From: a virus
Lineage: Duplodnaviria > Caudoviricetes
IMG/VR virus record: IMGVR_UViG_3300017747_002283
Coordinates: 1-24,045 of that record
Direction: 5' to 3' (one strand)
Length of the DNA: 24,045 nt
Below the pieces are notes generated by a model. The model searched no databases, was not told where the DNA came from, and saw only the letters and a program-made list of their open reading frames with translations. Position numbers and translations under genes: made by a program. Shown here piece after piece: positions 10,501 through 18,900 of this stretch (the stretch's first letter is position 1; every line of letters begins with the position of its first letter).

Positions 10501-12703
10501 CAGTCATATATACGCCTGATAAGTCTGGCTTGTATAACGCTAACTTTGGCCCCTCATCTGTTTGAATGACCATAGATGGGAAAGGTATAGCTTTTTTGCG
10601 CTTACCGGCTTCGGTTGCAACTGCGCTTGCTGGAGCAACTTCTTGCTTTAATAATGCAAGTTGATTTTTTTCATGCATGTTAACTAACATCTTTCGTCCA
10701 GCTGAGGACAAAGGCATTAAGTCAACATGTATATTCTCACCAGATGCAACACGTTGTGGTTGAGGGTATTCCATACCTTGCCCAACACGTGGCTTTCCAG
10801 TAGTTTCGCGCACTTGACGTAAAACATTGTTGTTTAACGTAGGAAGAAATCCCTGTGCAATTTCGTTAGACTCACGCAAGTTATCTAAATCTGCTACAGA
10901 TTTTATTTTTGCTCCCGGAGTTTCCTCCTGATGCCGCAAACTTACATAGGCAAGTGCTTCATCTGGAGACAAACCGGCGTTTTCAACTAAATGTGTAAGT
11001 ATTGGCGAGGATTTAAAAACATTATTTTGCAAACGCCTCAGCTGTGTATTAGCGTCGTATCTGGCTTGTGCTCCAACAGACAGCTCATGTTGATATCTAT
11101 TAAACTTACCCATTAATGAACGCTGTGGTGCTAAGTTGTACAACCCGCCAGCAAGTGCGCCAATAAGATGTCCTGTGTCAACTGGTTGAAAGTCTGTTTG
11201 TTTACGATCAACTAAGTTGAGTACAGGATTTAAATATCCTGCAGCTGCAGCATTTTGAGTAAGAGGAGCAGCAGCTCCAGCAGCAACATTAAACGCAGTT
11301 GCACTTAAACCTTGAGCTGTTGGTGCAATAGCGTTTAATGCTTGATACTTTGGTGTTAAAAATACATTACTAGCTGCAGGTGGGAACATTGATTTAGCAG
11401 CAGATGCAGAGCCTTGAACTGCTTTAATTTCGTTTTGAGCAAGCCCTAATGCTTTTTTGAAATTACCACTACTTAATGCAGCTTTTGTGCCAAACTGAGC
11501 CATACCAATAGTAAGGCCAGCAATGTCCATCAACCCTTGAGCAGCCGGAGCCATCTCCTGCGCCATTGCCAAGTTTTCTTCATTCTGACGACCCATTTCG
11601 CCAGATGCACGTCGCATTGCTCCTAATGGATTACCTATAGCATTTAATATAGGATTACCAGTAATAGTTTCTGCTACTTGGCCACCAATTAATCCTATTC
11701 CATGTAATGCCGATATAACTTTAGGACTAGCTCCAATTGCTGCTGCTGCCTTTGGGATTGCAGCTCCGGTAGCCATCATACCTAGAACTTGAGGTGCAGT
11801 ATTAGCAGCAATGTATCCACCTGCTTCTAATGCATTAGCAGGGCCTGTAAACCCACCGATGCCACTACCAACGGTAGCTGCAATACCTTCTGGGGTAGAG
11901 GTGTCATTAAACCTATTAGCTACTGCTGATTGCGCTAATTTAGTAATTTGATCTTCTTTTTCACGTGCTGCTAATATTTGTTCGGGTGATTGTCCAGTTA
12001 CCGTGTCAATGATGGAACGCATGCCAAACTGGCGATCCATCTCGGTAGCAAAGTTTTGAATGTCAGCAGCTTGTGCAGCTACGCCCTTGTAAGCACCACG
12101 TGCAATTTCTGGTATAGATTTACGGTTATAGGTTCCACGAGTAGCAGCACCTAAATAATCAAGTACTTTTTGCTGATCTCCGCGCTTATCAATATTTGCA
12201 GATTCTTTTTCAAGATAGTTACGTTGCTTAAACCGTTGCTCAAGAACCTCATCAATAGGCCTGTCAAAGTTATATGTGCCATCTTTAATAAACGCACTAC
12301 GCATAAGTGTACGTTCTTCATTAGTGGCTGCATCTCTAAATGTGACAGGCTTACCGCCAACCGTAACAGGGCGAGAACTTAACTCTTTAACTATAGAGTT
12401 GTATTTAGTTAAGCGTTGCCTGTGAGCACCTTGATCAATAACACCTTGTCGTAAAGCCTCATTTAAAATAGCCCTAGTGACATCTTGACCATTAGAGTCT
12501 CGTCGGACAACAGCAGCATAGTCACTGTTCGTTCGTTTAGGCTTGGATGCAATTGTGTCAAACTGCGTTACCCATTGCGTCAGTTTTTTCTTTTCGCCAG
12601 TAGCTGCAGGGTTTAGTTTTGTGTTTGATTTTGAAACACCTGTATATACTGTTTCGTACTTTTTTGTTTTTGGGTTGTAACGCTGAATTGCACCCTGTGC
12701 CAT
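1565..12703 (-). CDS. Giant (3712 aa) virion internal/ejection protein, large-polyvalent-protein-like, with a zincin metallopeptidase motif
   Basis: An 11.1-kb uninterrupted ORF with SD AGGAGA upstream. It is the last and largest of three genes after the nozzle gene, the position of T7 gp16 / P22 gp16-like ejection proteins. It has a Gly/Ala-rich hydrophobic N-terminal region, HEMFH plus a downstream NELAA, a KOW/SH3-like segment, no Cys, and a C-terminal NQLAPIIQTARMAQTGKTYGG motif resembling the ends of large phage ejection/polyvalent proteins. Confidence 0.75.
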   Translation of the reverse strand: MAQGAIQRYNPKTKKYETVYTGVSKSNTKLNPAATGEKKKLTQWVTQFDTIASKPKRTNSDYAAVVRRDSNGQDVTRAILNEALRQGVIDQGAHRQRLTKYNSIVKELSSRPVTVGGKPVTFRDAATNEERTLMRSAFIKDGTYNFDRPIDEVLEQRFKQRNYLEKESANIDKRGDQQKVLDYLGAATRGTYNRKSIPEIARGAYKGVAAQAADIQNFATEMDRQFGMRSIIDTVTGQSPEQILAAREKEDQITKLAQSAVANRFNDTSTPEGIAATVGSGIGGFTGPANALEAGGYIAANTAPQVLGMMATGAAIPKAAAAIGASPKVISALHGIGLIGGQVAETITGNPILNAIGNPLGAMRRASGEMGRQNEENLAMAQEMAPAAQGLMDIAGLTIGMAQFGTKAALSSGNFKKALGLAQNEIKAVQGSASAAKSMFPPAASNVFLTPKYQALNAIAPTAQGLSATAFNVAAGAAAPLTQNAAAAGYLNPVLNLVDRKQTDFQPVDTGHLIGALAGGLYNLAPQRSLMGKFNRYQHELSVGAQARYDANTQLRRLQNNVFKSSPILTHLVENAGLSPDEALAYVSLRHQEETPGAKIKSVADLDNLRESNEIAQGFLPTLNNNVLRQVRETTGKPRVGQGMEYPQPQRVASGENIHVDLMPLSSAGRKMLVNMHEKNQLALLKQEVAPASAVATEAGKRKKAIPFPSMVIQTDEGPKLALYKPDLSGVYMTDDTSSPTTHTLTPESMEVTSAALPRESYMSGIDRFNKEDMARISWTQRLRDRVYEYVVRGFDRGGFIVERSVAGMGDGGPRVTYTASRNEIMRTAPESVRDGITTQLDTVAEAFGVPSMQNEGRGITYSDTSFANVDRSEFPSVVYTGASTTEGAKGTIPARLIHSDRPRIGVPDSGFNTYQLPTGGIIKVPKLSDPNPRSEVLPPTEIRQGTYAGTAYSESPLQQARLAAKPDSEVNFIDINLTGTQGGERKVLINAGDRKKLRGIINDYQRDLAEARQRGDDLDKVDQKYEDIVHEFLAKESRTGTPDETLVDYNYGYTDTPIRPGDVVRFASPVNEKGETSRVSRAAQQGIQRGVVVDVDHHGVHVKIENQLPGIIGEQGGKTVLVHPETLIPEIQPHLGYDQQNITRLASVADLDAPIPNRPAVIEPEAPKTDTEVVDTTPDFDGLAPDHTSQVMLRSATETLRKNATIAGVRDNVTFVAKTRDLTPQLAHDAILNLLNDDYITPEHKERIASAIMTIDIDGADLNTINKINHMIDAVMEWHAGDRPVNIASDAYTAVHFSGRAATRAETNNVNVRSLEIIQGWRSGSRLESRINKHIERLESQGILIDPIQKEAIVKRTKEMSYTITPLRSLLIGNGVVSKEVWSKVSRMSQADQMAMATRLLNANKQNPDGITAASINATLKGFKPEVGRRPTKAMSFDSYDAAAQSFYRELKARAEAKKGEAARTESSNPKVSMTDLRDAISNLKADDPVVIDVFNNLKKQDINEQQFNEFFAGMRFPNSEVTIGDVARHVKQNTLEQFLNTNNQVQAAARRVALQGAQLSGDDWMQILNPLIEKLPSENRENARARATDELSLANTKGPEEVNYTAQNIVKRLVKDVPNADQAIATSVSKAASEVRQRVMAVNPVLRRISDMMATNTDAQERAAIVAEGGVGQVEEGPIQQLQTAFDAIYDLNATAPTKPTSISQDVFDSINEAVKESSTWLNEYGQTTLRNATWKLPLQGMPDSSVLYGQTPSGDVVNLNQQSAYGKNGMTLIFRNALNVDGQSPQMKALVDQMAASLADVYDMHAYGYALRHVDYQMASGNIESANQHIVSLLTEVAKGATPERRAVINELINHVNGNEPLIYQTGNSFKSVITEAFTGIGDVEYGRKLETFVYTHRAAQVQHEFYTTNARVLVSTAKASDFSPASNIATSFASMTAQKNKNRASNRAQVNLLLHLNRQGDEGRDVASLAHEMFHGVFHTLPYADKLDFAINLVTQMHDITGQTNTDVGRTLVKLTAMKQEMNARYSELKEAVRVATGDDLIEAQNNLNDFEYFNMIDMDGDTSNFLYTSPVVNELAATTLMSGAMNTPTIFNSNYDIAESATGVFARVGEFARTAAVMMSQGRYNQADWVVSRDQSKVITGYQHRWQLPFTSFVSTTKKGQTQYATLPLETTISMLNTPSLVMANNKTLFRDIPVLRYADGAKRSDPLQGSNSRVSLEAGRTRIPGASKITSSTSFVVRGNLVELSSIPAELIGKHAAIYNGVKYFKLDSENGIPTNTVNGVVVDKLVIDRAYLTTIGKEANIKSDYFILRGKNITQDAMVTGQAPNWNSNLSSILYNVWGKTSAKASAMVGRVDKVSFDQLKERAVRVLSNVDEMPVKNEDTFDHGMDAYEGTIEYEAGVLSGLNASNKINQYDREAHADVLDWVDATYTPQEQAAVRQSIDDGIDNARRSMFALNADDVRIVPYDDANDAPYTTSRFLVSSDGNVKGAPGMFYSTLDGTARPESEALLASNAALYDYFNNNFDNPNDIADAVGNALLQSQDIKQFESALTKAGIEKKHIPKIKQAILAGSKAGNTKVAYSNDTMFGIVRDFAGSQAPWTSTAVGARVTNFNSSLQLSNLQMMPHVQNQRALIVNAARTYAALKGMPLGKVLQNIGENVHGDEYAGVSSIAHMMALDINSRASAMKTYGDYSIEHVMWPAGSKDPVVILKHGGKANKYSQDLRSEAQIGQDGNLLLAVDQATNTVRFAFKRVNPTTGEATYTLGRNVHNGVAGTEAVANYWKKPNNKRNRSSDTEQLFFGGDEEGNYYKKTDVIFDSTDEQHPYRVSGVGSEEALAPGLKTRLSTIMSNGRKVHSVSVILNAIQGLETRKQYDRPVVVTVPLPHSWGTDPLEPRGSFSRSFKFENFDQVLDAIENDPTGRYHNNLPRHLELTLMPDGKLKISDLGLVGNEPTPIRRTLNDFVFTAAGYNDRKIAPVEVYVARRLLAGEQLLNETSPDSPNVFKDVETPQGKNALSADPGMWNNRSLFSNGYDPMMLADEVQAPMNTGFDANANDVTSDTVEVVPDPSLKPDQVEIDADERGVYQMRGGINMAGVHGFLGFVGNLWNEVSGAARYLQLGGDLGVASNQSWMVVNPLTMVEHLAKPTHRSMGPATAYRALGSMIPNMGGGVADTVRNMGIPLSSWGDNYVHLEMERVLAETPGLTLEMLEDYGLNLEYLKWHKEWKNALINNPDMAKEDVPLNYRLSDYYGDTKVAQRIVPHLAPIERANVFYKDLGSLIDFQRMWMLTQNAVPTGNKRSARGEALPANDSQSILNYRENLRRQYAEATNLLVGNQSGHYSDVKSLALLQKAVSSLFISSRYARSRMLLNPLLGYTIFALKSGANALSSKVLGREVANVKLERSLYGVGPDGWDAGVRRHIVKRVAQAYASSMALKTMTNMPVIIPAMMAAINGIRSGDDEQKEEGIKLLFDNFVYDSGFMKISTPWGKKYQMTMPGATGRSLRQTEHFFKVLFSQDGSSWRDLPDWTFKQFVTNQLAPIIQTARMAQTGKTYGGQDAFASNEAYRMWRQKTIDGLPEGDPRRFFMEITPDELSNFVLNSVSNVTFRDMLQDIETKQHKRLVSGENVELTEEDVALDLFKWAINFAGSGAKEYDESYEEWLNVREGSSSRRKLIKEYEETSEYPNMRETFNGLDFGASIDMLWHGRKQ

Positions 12704-12707
12704 ATCG

Positions 12708-12716
12708 GTCTCCTAC
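12708..12716 (-). promoter_or_regulatory. Shine-Dalgarno site for the 3712-aa gene
   Basis: The minus strand reads TAG GTAGGAGACCGAT ATG, with AGGAGA 5 nt before the ATG at 12703. Confidence 0.7.
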
Positions 12717-14510
12717 CTATTCACCTGCACCTGCACGTCCACCAGCACCAGCATCGGAAGTAACCTCTGGTACTACAACATTATCATAAAGCGTTTGTAA
12801 GCCGGGAGTCTGATTAAACACCCTGCGGAATTTCACCGTATTTGTATTTAAATGATTCATTGCAGTATTAGTGTCACCACTCATAGCAGCTCGTAAGAAA
12901 TCAGAACGTCCATTGTTAATACTTGCCAAAAGACCACGAAGTGCTGATAGTTGTGTGTCAATTTGTGTCATACGACCACTGGTCTGTACAGCATTTCCTC
13001 TACCCGGTAATGGCAATGACTTTTTCTGTGCTTCCAACGTTTTGATAGCACTATTAATATGACCAACTGTATTAGTTCCGTTTGCGTCATTCCAAAGCCT
13101 ATTGGCCTTAGATAACTTTTCAATAGGATCCATTTCTTTGCCAGTAGTTGTTTTAGGGTTGTTGAGATCATAAAGTTCCTTGCGTAGTTTTTGAACTTTA
13201 AGCGTTGCTTCTTTACCCTCTAACTGCCAAAGGCTACGTTCATGTTGTGCTTTAGCTGCAGCACGTTGTTCAGCTTTAGTTTTCAGTTCAATCTCTTGCT
13301 CGTCAGCACGAGCTTTACGAGCAGCTGAAGATTCACCCGCTAATCGCTCCATAACTTTAGGGTCAATGTATCCCTTATCTGCTAAACGACTAGCAACACG
13401 CGCAACGATATTAGGTGAATATTCTGCATAATCACCGACAAGGTTTTCATCAATAAACCGTTGGATTTCTGCTGGGTTTGCTACGTGAGAACGGTAATCA
13501 CCTAACAATCCACTGAGGTCACCACCGTAAACCGTGTCTTTAAAATTCTTCGACCTAAACGTTCCACCACGTGATGCAAAATATGCATCAACTAATTTGT
13601 TAATAACTTCGTTTTGTTGCGGGTCTAAATCAGTATTGCTCCACTCACCTTGTGGTAACCCTTTAGCTAAACGTGTTCGCATTTCTGCTAAAGCAAGTAA
13701 TGGATCAACAGGAGCAACTTTAGCAGGTACTGGTTGGTTAGGAGGCGTTAAACCAATACCCAAAAACGATTGTGCAGGTAACACACCAGTGTTTAAAACA
13801 CTGTCTACTGGTGAACCCATTGCTATTCCGCCAGTAGGATCTAATGGACTTATTGCAGATGTAGATGTTGGTTTTAAATCTCCAGTCCCTACACCGGGGA
13901 TAAGTTTAGCGTCTGGCTTTTGAGGGATATAAGGTTTGCGCACAAAACCTTGAGGCAAGGTGTATTCTGGAAGATTGTATTTATTGGCAACACTATCCCA
14001 TTTAATTCCATAAGAAGTATCGTTAGCCGTGTCAGCCATAAATCCTTCACGTGCTGACTTGTAGTCTGACTCTGCTTTACTAAGTTCATCGTTAATTGCC
14101 TGTATGGCTGTTGGCGATAATCGTTTTCCGTTAGTTGCAAAATCGTTAATTCGTTTACGAATACCGATAACGGACTGATATGCTTTAGATAACGGAGACG
14201 TACGCCCCGTAATGTATGCATTGACAGCAGCATTTTTTTCTTCATCTGCTTTTGTTTGTGCACGTTCTCGATCGCCTTGAGCAAGTTGATCTAAATAAGC
14301 CTGTCTTGCACGATCAGCTTTAAGAAAATCAAATTGTTCACGTTGTTGTTTACGCGCTTCAGCTTTATCACCTAGCTCCATCATAAACTGAGCATTTTCT
14401 TTTTGGCGTTCAAGATTTTGCGTTGCAAACTGCTGACGCATTTGCTCAGATTGTTGTCTGCCCTGTTGTAATGCTTGTAAATAAGCAAGTAATGGAGTTG
14501 CGGTAGTCAT
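12717..14510 (-). CDS. Putative DNA ejection / internal virion protein (597 aa)
   Basis: Gln/Glu/Arg-rich coiled-coil N-terminus (YLQALQQGRQQSEQMRQQ...), a Pro-rich linker and a second coiled coil; no Cys. Middle gene of the ejection trio. Ends TAG. Confidence 0.6.
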   Translation of the reverse strand: MTTATPLLAYLQALQQGRQQSEQMRQQFATQNLERQKENAQFMMELGDKAEARKQQREQFDFLKADRARQAYLDQLAQGDRERAQTKADEEKNAAVNAYITGRTSPLSKAYQSVIGIRKRINDFATNGKRLSPTAIQAINDELSKAESDYKSAREGFMADTANDTSYGIKWDSVANKYNLPEYTLPQGFVRKPYIPQKPDAKLIPGVGTGDLKPTSTSAISPLDPTGGIAMGSPVDSVLNTGVLPAQSFLGIGLTPPNQPVPAKVAPVDPLLALAEMRTRLAKGLPQGEWSNTDLDPQQNEVINKLVDAYFASRGGTFRSKNFKDTVYGGDLSGLLGDYRSHVANPAEIQRFIDENLVGDYAEYSPNIVARVASRLADKGYIDPKVMERLAGESSAARKARADEQEIELKTKAEQRAAAKAQHERSLWQLEGKEATLKVQKLRKELYDLNNPKTTTGKEMDPIEKLSKANRLWNDANGTNTVGHINSAIKTLEAQKKSLPLPGRGNAVQTSGRMTQIDTQLSALRGLLASINNGRSDFLRAAMSGDTNTAMNHLNTNTVKFRRVFNQTPGLQTLYDNVVVPEVTSDAGAGGRAGAGE

Positions 14511-14529
14511 GTTGATTATTTACCCTTAC

Positions 14530-15477
14530 CTATAACTTAAAACCATTACGGTCGTAATTTAAAGTAATATTGCGTGGCTGAGCAAAACCTAAGTTAGAAC
14601 CAATGTTTATTGGTTTTTGTTGCCCAAATACTGTTCCCGTAGCACCGGGTAAATAAGGATTATAAGACTGGCCATATCCGCCACCGTATGTTTGCATTGC
14701 CTTAATGCGAGCATCAGCTTCAGCTTGAGACATCTTCATCTGTTGATCAAACTGGCGACGTTGTGCTTGATCGGCTCGCATCCCACCAAGCATACTCATT
14801 AATGCAGATTGATCTCCTTGACGTGCAGCAAGTTGGTTATTGTATGTATTGCCAAGCTCCCCTGCCATAACGCCAAGTTCGTTGTATCCTTGTTGCATTC
14901 CGCCAAGCATACTCATCAATTGGTTTTGTGAGTCTTGGTAATTTTGACCAGCCATACTTGCTGCTGCAGCCATTCGAGCTGGAGCTTGCAATTCATACGC
15001 ATTTGAAAAATCGCTTATGCTTTTATTGATAGCAGAACGATTGGTATTATTAATAGAGTTTTGCAATCCAACACGTGCGCCACCTTGTAAACCAGCTTTA
15101 CTTGCCATCTCCGCACCAGCTGCACTTGCAGCCTGTGCATTGTTGTTAAGTATTTCATTAGCTGGGCCAAGGCCTTTAAAAATGTCCGTATTGGTTAGAG
15201 GTTTATTAGCTCCCTCAATAGCCATATCAGTCATCTTGTCATACATGGGCTGATACTTTTTATTACGCGCTTCTTGTTTATCCAGCATCGACTGAAAATA
15301 ATTTAACTGTCTTCGCTTGGCGTTGTATGCAGATTTTTGTTGTTCTAGATATGGATTTCTATTTGGTTTAATAAGGTTGTTTAAAGCATAACTGACAGCC
15401 ATGTCGGCTAATGGGCCACCAAAAGCGCCAGCAATCTTACCGCCTATAGCTCCACCAATTTGTCGATCGTTTGCCAT
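14530..15477 (-). CDS. Putative DNA pilot/ejection protein (315 aa)
   Basis: Gly/Ala-rich N-terminus (IGGAIGGKIAGAFGGP) and a Gln/Ala/Met/Asn-rich helical body typical of small ejection/pilot proteins; no Cys. First gene of the trio. Ends TAG. Confidence 0.6.
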   Translation of the reverse strand: MANDRQIGGAIGGKIAGAFGGPLADMAVSYALNNLIKPNRNPYLEQQKSAYNAKRRQLNYFQSMLDKQEARNKKYQPMYDKMTDMAIEGANKPLTNTDIFKGLGPANEILNNNAQAASAAGAEMASKAGLQGGARVGLQNSINNTNRSAINKSISDFSNAYELQAPARMAAAASMAGQNYQDSQNQLMSMLGGMQQGYNELGVMAGELGNTYNNQLAARQGDQSALMSMLGGMRADQAQRRQFDQQMKMSQAEADARIKAMQTYGGGYGQSYNPYLPGATGTVFGQQKPINIGSNLGFAQPRNITLNYDRNGFKL

Positions 15478-15494
15478 TTTATATACCTATCCTA

Positions 15495-15965
15495 TTAAAC
15501 TACGGCTTTATCTAGTAAAGCAAGCCAACCATAACTACCAGATGCGTTCAAACAAGCAAGCCACGTAACAGTTTCATACTGCTTGGTCAATCCAGTCCAA
15601 GCAGAAAAATTCCAAAGCGCAGACGGAGAATCAACAGAGAAGGTTATTGTGTTTGCAGATGAATCCATTTTAGCTGCAATTATTCGCCGACCATAACAAG
15701 ATGCTGCTTGTGGCAATGTTAAAACAAAACTACCTGTACTTGCATCACATATTGCTAATTGGTCAGCATATGTAATTGTACTAGCAGCTGTATATATAGT
15801 CTGCTGCATTTGATTAGCAGAATAAGGAACAGTTGGATTACCAACATAGGTTCGTATAGTCTGGATTAATCCAGAGACTCCCGGCCCATAAACTTTGTTT
15901 AAGGCTGGAGCACGACGTGTCCCAGATGATGATTCTGGTGTTGCAACTGGTCCGGGTATTGCCAT
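15495..15965 (-). CDS. Small tail/fibre-associated structural protein (156 aa)
   Basis: Contains CDASTGSFVLTLPQAA...RIIAAKMDSSANTITF, a D-x-S/T-x-G-x-x-x-L-T-L-P beta module common in phage tail fibre/baseplate proteins. The start overlaps the stop of the 1444-aa gene (TAATG). Confidence 0.6.
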   Translation of the reverse strand: MAIPGPVATPESSSGTRRAPALNKVYGPGVSGLIQTIRTYVGNPTVPYSANQMQQTIYTAASTITYADQLAICDASTGSFVLTLPQAASCYGRRIIAAKMDSSANTITFSVDSPSALWNFSAWTGLTKQYETVTWLACLNASGSYGWLALLDKAVV

Positions 15966-18900
15966 TATGTTCTCGGTGTATTTCCTTCAGTAGTTGTTGC
16001 ATGCAATGCAAACATGCGCCATGGATGTGCTGTACTGCCAGTCAAATTGATATTAAATGCCTGTGCATCAGCAGTACGCGAAATACTTCGCAGTGATACT
16101 ACTTCATTAGTTGATGGATGCCAAGCATATATACCTGTAGTACTGTAGCCCTTAATGCTTGTAATACTCCAGTTAATATACATTTCAACAGCACCTTGAT
16201 TGTCTATGTGCAACAATAATGAGTGTAACTTATTTGCACTGTAGTACATTGCACCTTCTGCAAATGTTTGACCATATTGCCGTGTGGAAATTTCCCACGC
16301 AATAGGCGTTGATGTTCTAGTTGTGTTTGCAGTAGAAGCATATACATTGTCAGACCAGCTTTCTAACTTGTATAGTTTTCCGTCTCTGCCACCAGCGTAT
16401 AACTCTTGGGTATCATCTGCTGCTTCTAAGACAACTAAGCTTGTAAACCCAACTGGATTAATCCACGTAAACCAACCTTGGTTGCGATGGTCATAAACAT
16501 ATGTCCTACTATTAGCAGTAGTTGAAGTATCTGTTTGTGTAGGAGCCAACATAATAATGCGACGATCTTGACTTGCTACAACCACTTTAGAATACAACGA
16601 TGGGCTGATGTAATTATTTGACTGAGTAGTAAAGTTTTGGCTGTTGATGTTTAACACACCTTCAAGTGCGAGTGACTTAGGCGTAAGCACAGTACTTTGC
16701 AATTCCATCAAACCGCTTGCTGTTAAGTAAACAAGTCGATTCATTACGGTTGCGTAGCCACGTTTAGCAACTAGACCAGCAGTACCTTGCTGCAGGAATC
16801 CTTGGCTTGCAAAGTTTTGTGGACTATCTCCCGTAAGGAGATAAGTACTCCGCTCTCGCATGATAACCATTGCAGCAGTAGTGCTGTTATCTCTAATCAA
16901 TCCATCACCTTGCACGGTAATCATTGCTTGAATTTGTTCTTCATCAGTCTTGTTGCTGATGCTAAACTGAGTGCCTTTAATTGCAATCTCTGGATCAGTT
17001 ACATCTGGAAGTAATGTTGTGTAAACACCATACTCATTACCGGGGTTAAGTAACCAACTTGCATAGATAGCATTTTTTTTACTAACAAATAGTCGTTGGT
17101 TATACGTGGCTACAACATCTGCACCTATAGGGAATTGATCTTTACCTGTACGCAACCTATATCCCAACGTACCCGGACCGTTGTCAAAAAATAGTGATGA
17201 GTCTTCAACTTGATCAGTTATTGTTAGATTAGTAGAGACACCTGAAGATGACGTAGTTAAACCTTTCCACACAGAACCAGATGAATAAACAGATCCAGTA
17301 TCAAGGTCAATAAATCCAATCAGTTTTGGTTGAACTCCACCTGTTCGAGCATTGTTCCTATATATAAGACAATACTTGTAAACAGGCGTACTGCCGGTCA
17401 ATCCATTTTTTAACTGTGTACATGTATATGGGATCGACAATGTCACGCTATTAATTGCAGAGGTGACAGTTACCTCGTTACTTAATTTAGAAGGAACAGT
17501 TTCAAATCCATTGCCACTTGGGACTTCAGGTGTTGGTGTAAATTGGTTAGCTCCAGTGGTAACTGCTGCTGAAAACTGGAAAGTAGTACCTATTAATGAC
17601 GGATCGGTTGTAATCGTAAATGTTGTTGAACTTGGTATTGTCTTGACATAGTAGGTGGTTGTAGTTGATACACCACCTACAGTGCCTGTAAATGTCAGTG
17701 CAGACCCTACGCCTAAATAATGAGCAGCAGACGTAGTCAATACAGTTCCATTAATTGGAACTGTAAAGTTTACACTTGCCCAACTAGGTGCAGATGTCGT
17801 AGTCGGTAACGTGTAGGGTCTCCACAAACTAAATGTATATGTATAGATCGAGTCTGGAGTAAGAGATCCTTGGCGAACAACATTACCAAAACTAATTACC
17901 CATTCATTGTTATAAAACCCATTAAGGTCAAAATCGTTCTTGATGTAAATGGCTGCAACTTGCGCTCTGGCTGACGTAACAATTGGAAATAATGCCCATG
18001 TCAAAAATCCTTGATCTTTGTCATAGGTACATTGACCAGTAAAGTACATACTGTTTCCGTTACGAATACCTAAACTAAATGGCGGTACTGACTGATTAAT
18101 CTTGTCACTAAATGCCGACGCAACACTTACTGATTGCACATTCCTTAAATCAACAGTAGCTTGATAATAGTTAGTAGTAACAGCAACGTTAGCTGAAAAT
18201 ATAAATACATTGCCAATTAACGTTTGATCTGTTGTTACTACAAATTGTGTTGGAGATGAAATACCTTTTACGTAATATGTCGTAGACGTAGATGTGCCAC
18301 CTACGGTTGTAGTAAATAAAATAGCATTGCCAACATTTAATCCATGAGGAGATGTTGTAGTAATTGCCGCATTATTAATTGATGCCGTAAATTCTACTGT
18401 AGGCGTGATGTTGATTTTAACGTATTCGTTTTGAACGTAATCAACAAATGGGTTAGTAGGCAACACCTCATTAATAAACGTAGTGTTAGCTTGATTGGTG
18501 TTAATCTTAACAAGCCCTTTTGGGTCATCTTGTGTTTCTGATAACTGGAACCGACTGTTTACTGGGTGGCACGTAAAGTCGTCTAAGTAAACAAACGAGT
18601 CTCCACCTCTATTGAAACCAGCTTGCATGCGTACCTTTAGGCCGGTAAGGATTTTGTCATACAACCTAAAGTCAACAATGATCTGTATTTTTTGCCAGTC
18701 AGCAGAACTTTGTCCAGCTGCAATTTCTATAGTTGTTTGTAATACAGCTCCGGCAATTTCATTAGATGAGGAGAATGCACTTGTTGCCGTCTTCCAATAT
18801 CCTTGAACCGTTACATCTAAATTGTTTTGGCTTACAAAATTTGTCAAGTCGTCTTGGTTATAAGCATAAAACGTCAATGCATACAAACCACTATTGTGTT

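Noticed and set aside
1565-12703. N4-type (T7-like single-subunit) virion RNA polymerase
   Set aside because: Size and lack of Cys fit, but I found no R-x3-K-x7-YG motif B or convincing motifs A and C.
1565-12703. Tape measure protein
   Set aside because: No long regular helical repeat or tape-measure motif, and the context (nozzle followed by three internal proteins) is podovirus-like.
12717-15477. In-frame fusion of the ejection genes by amber readthrough
   Set aside because: Reading through the TAG of the 315-aa or 597-aa gene enters a different frame from the next gene and meets TGA within a few dozen codons.
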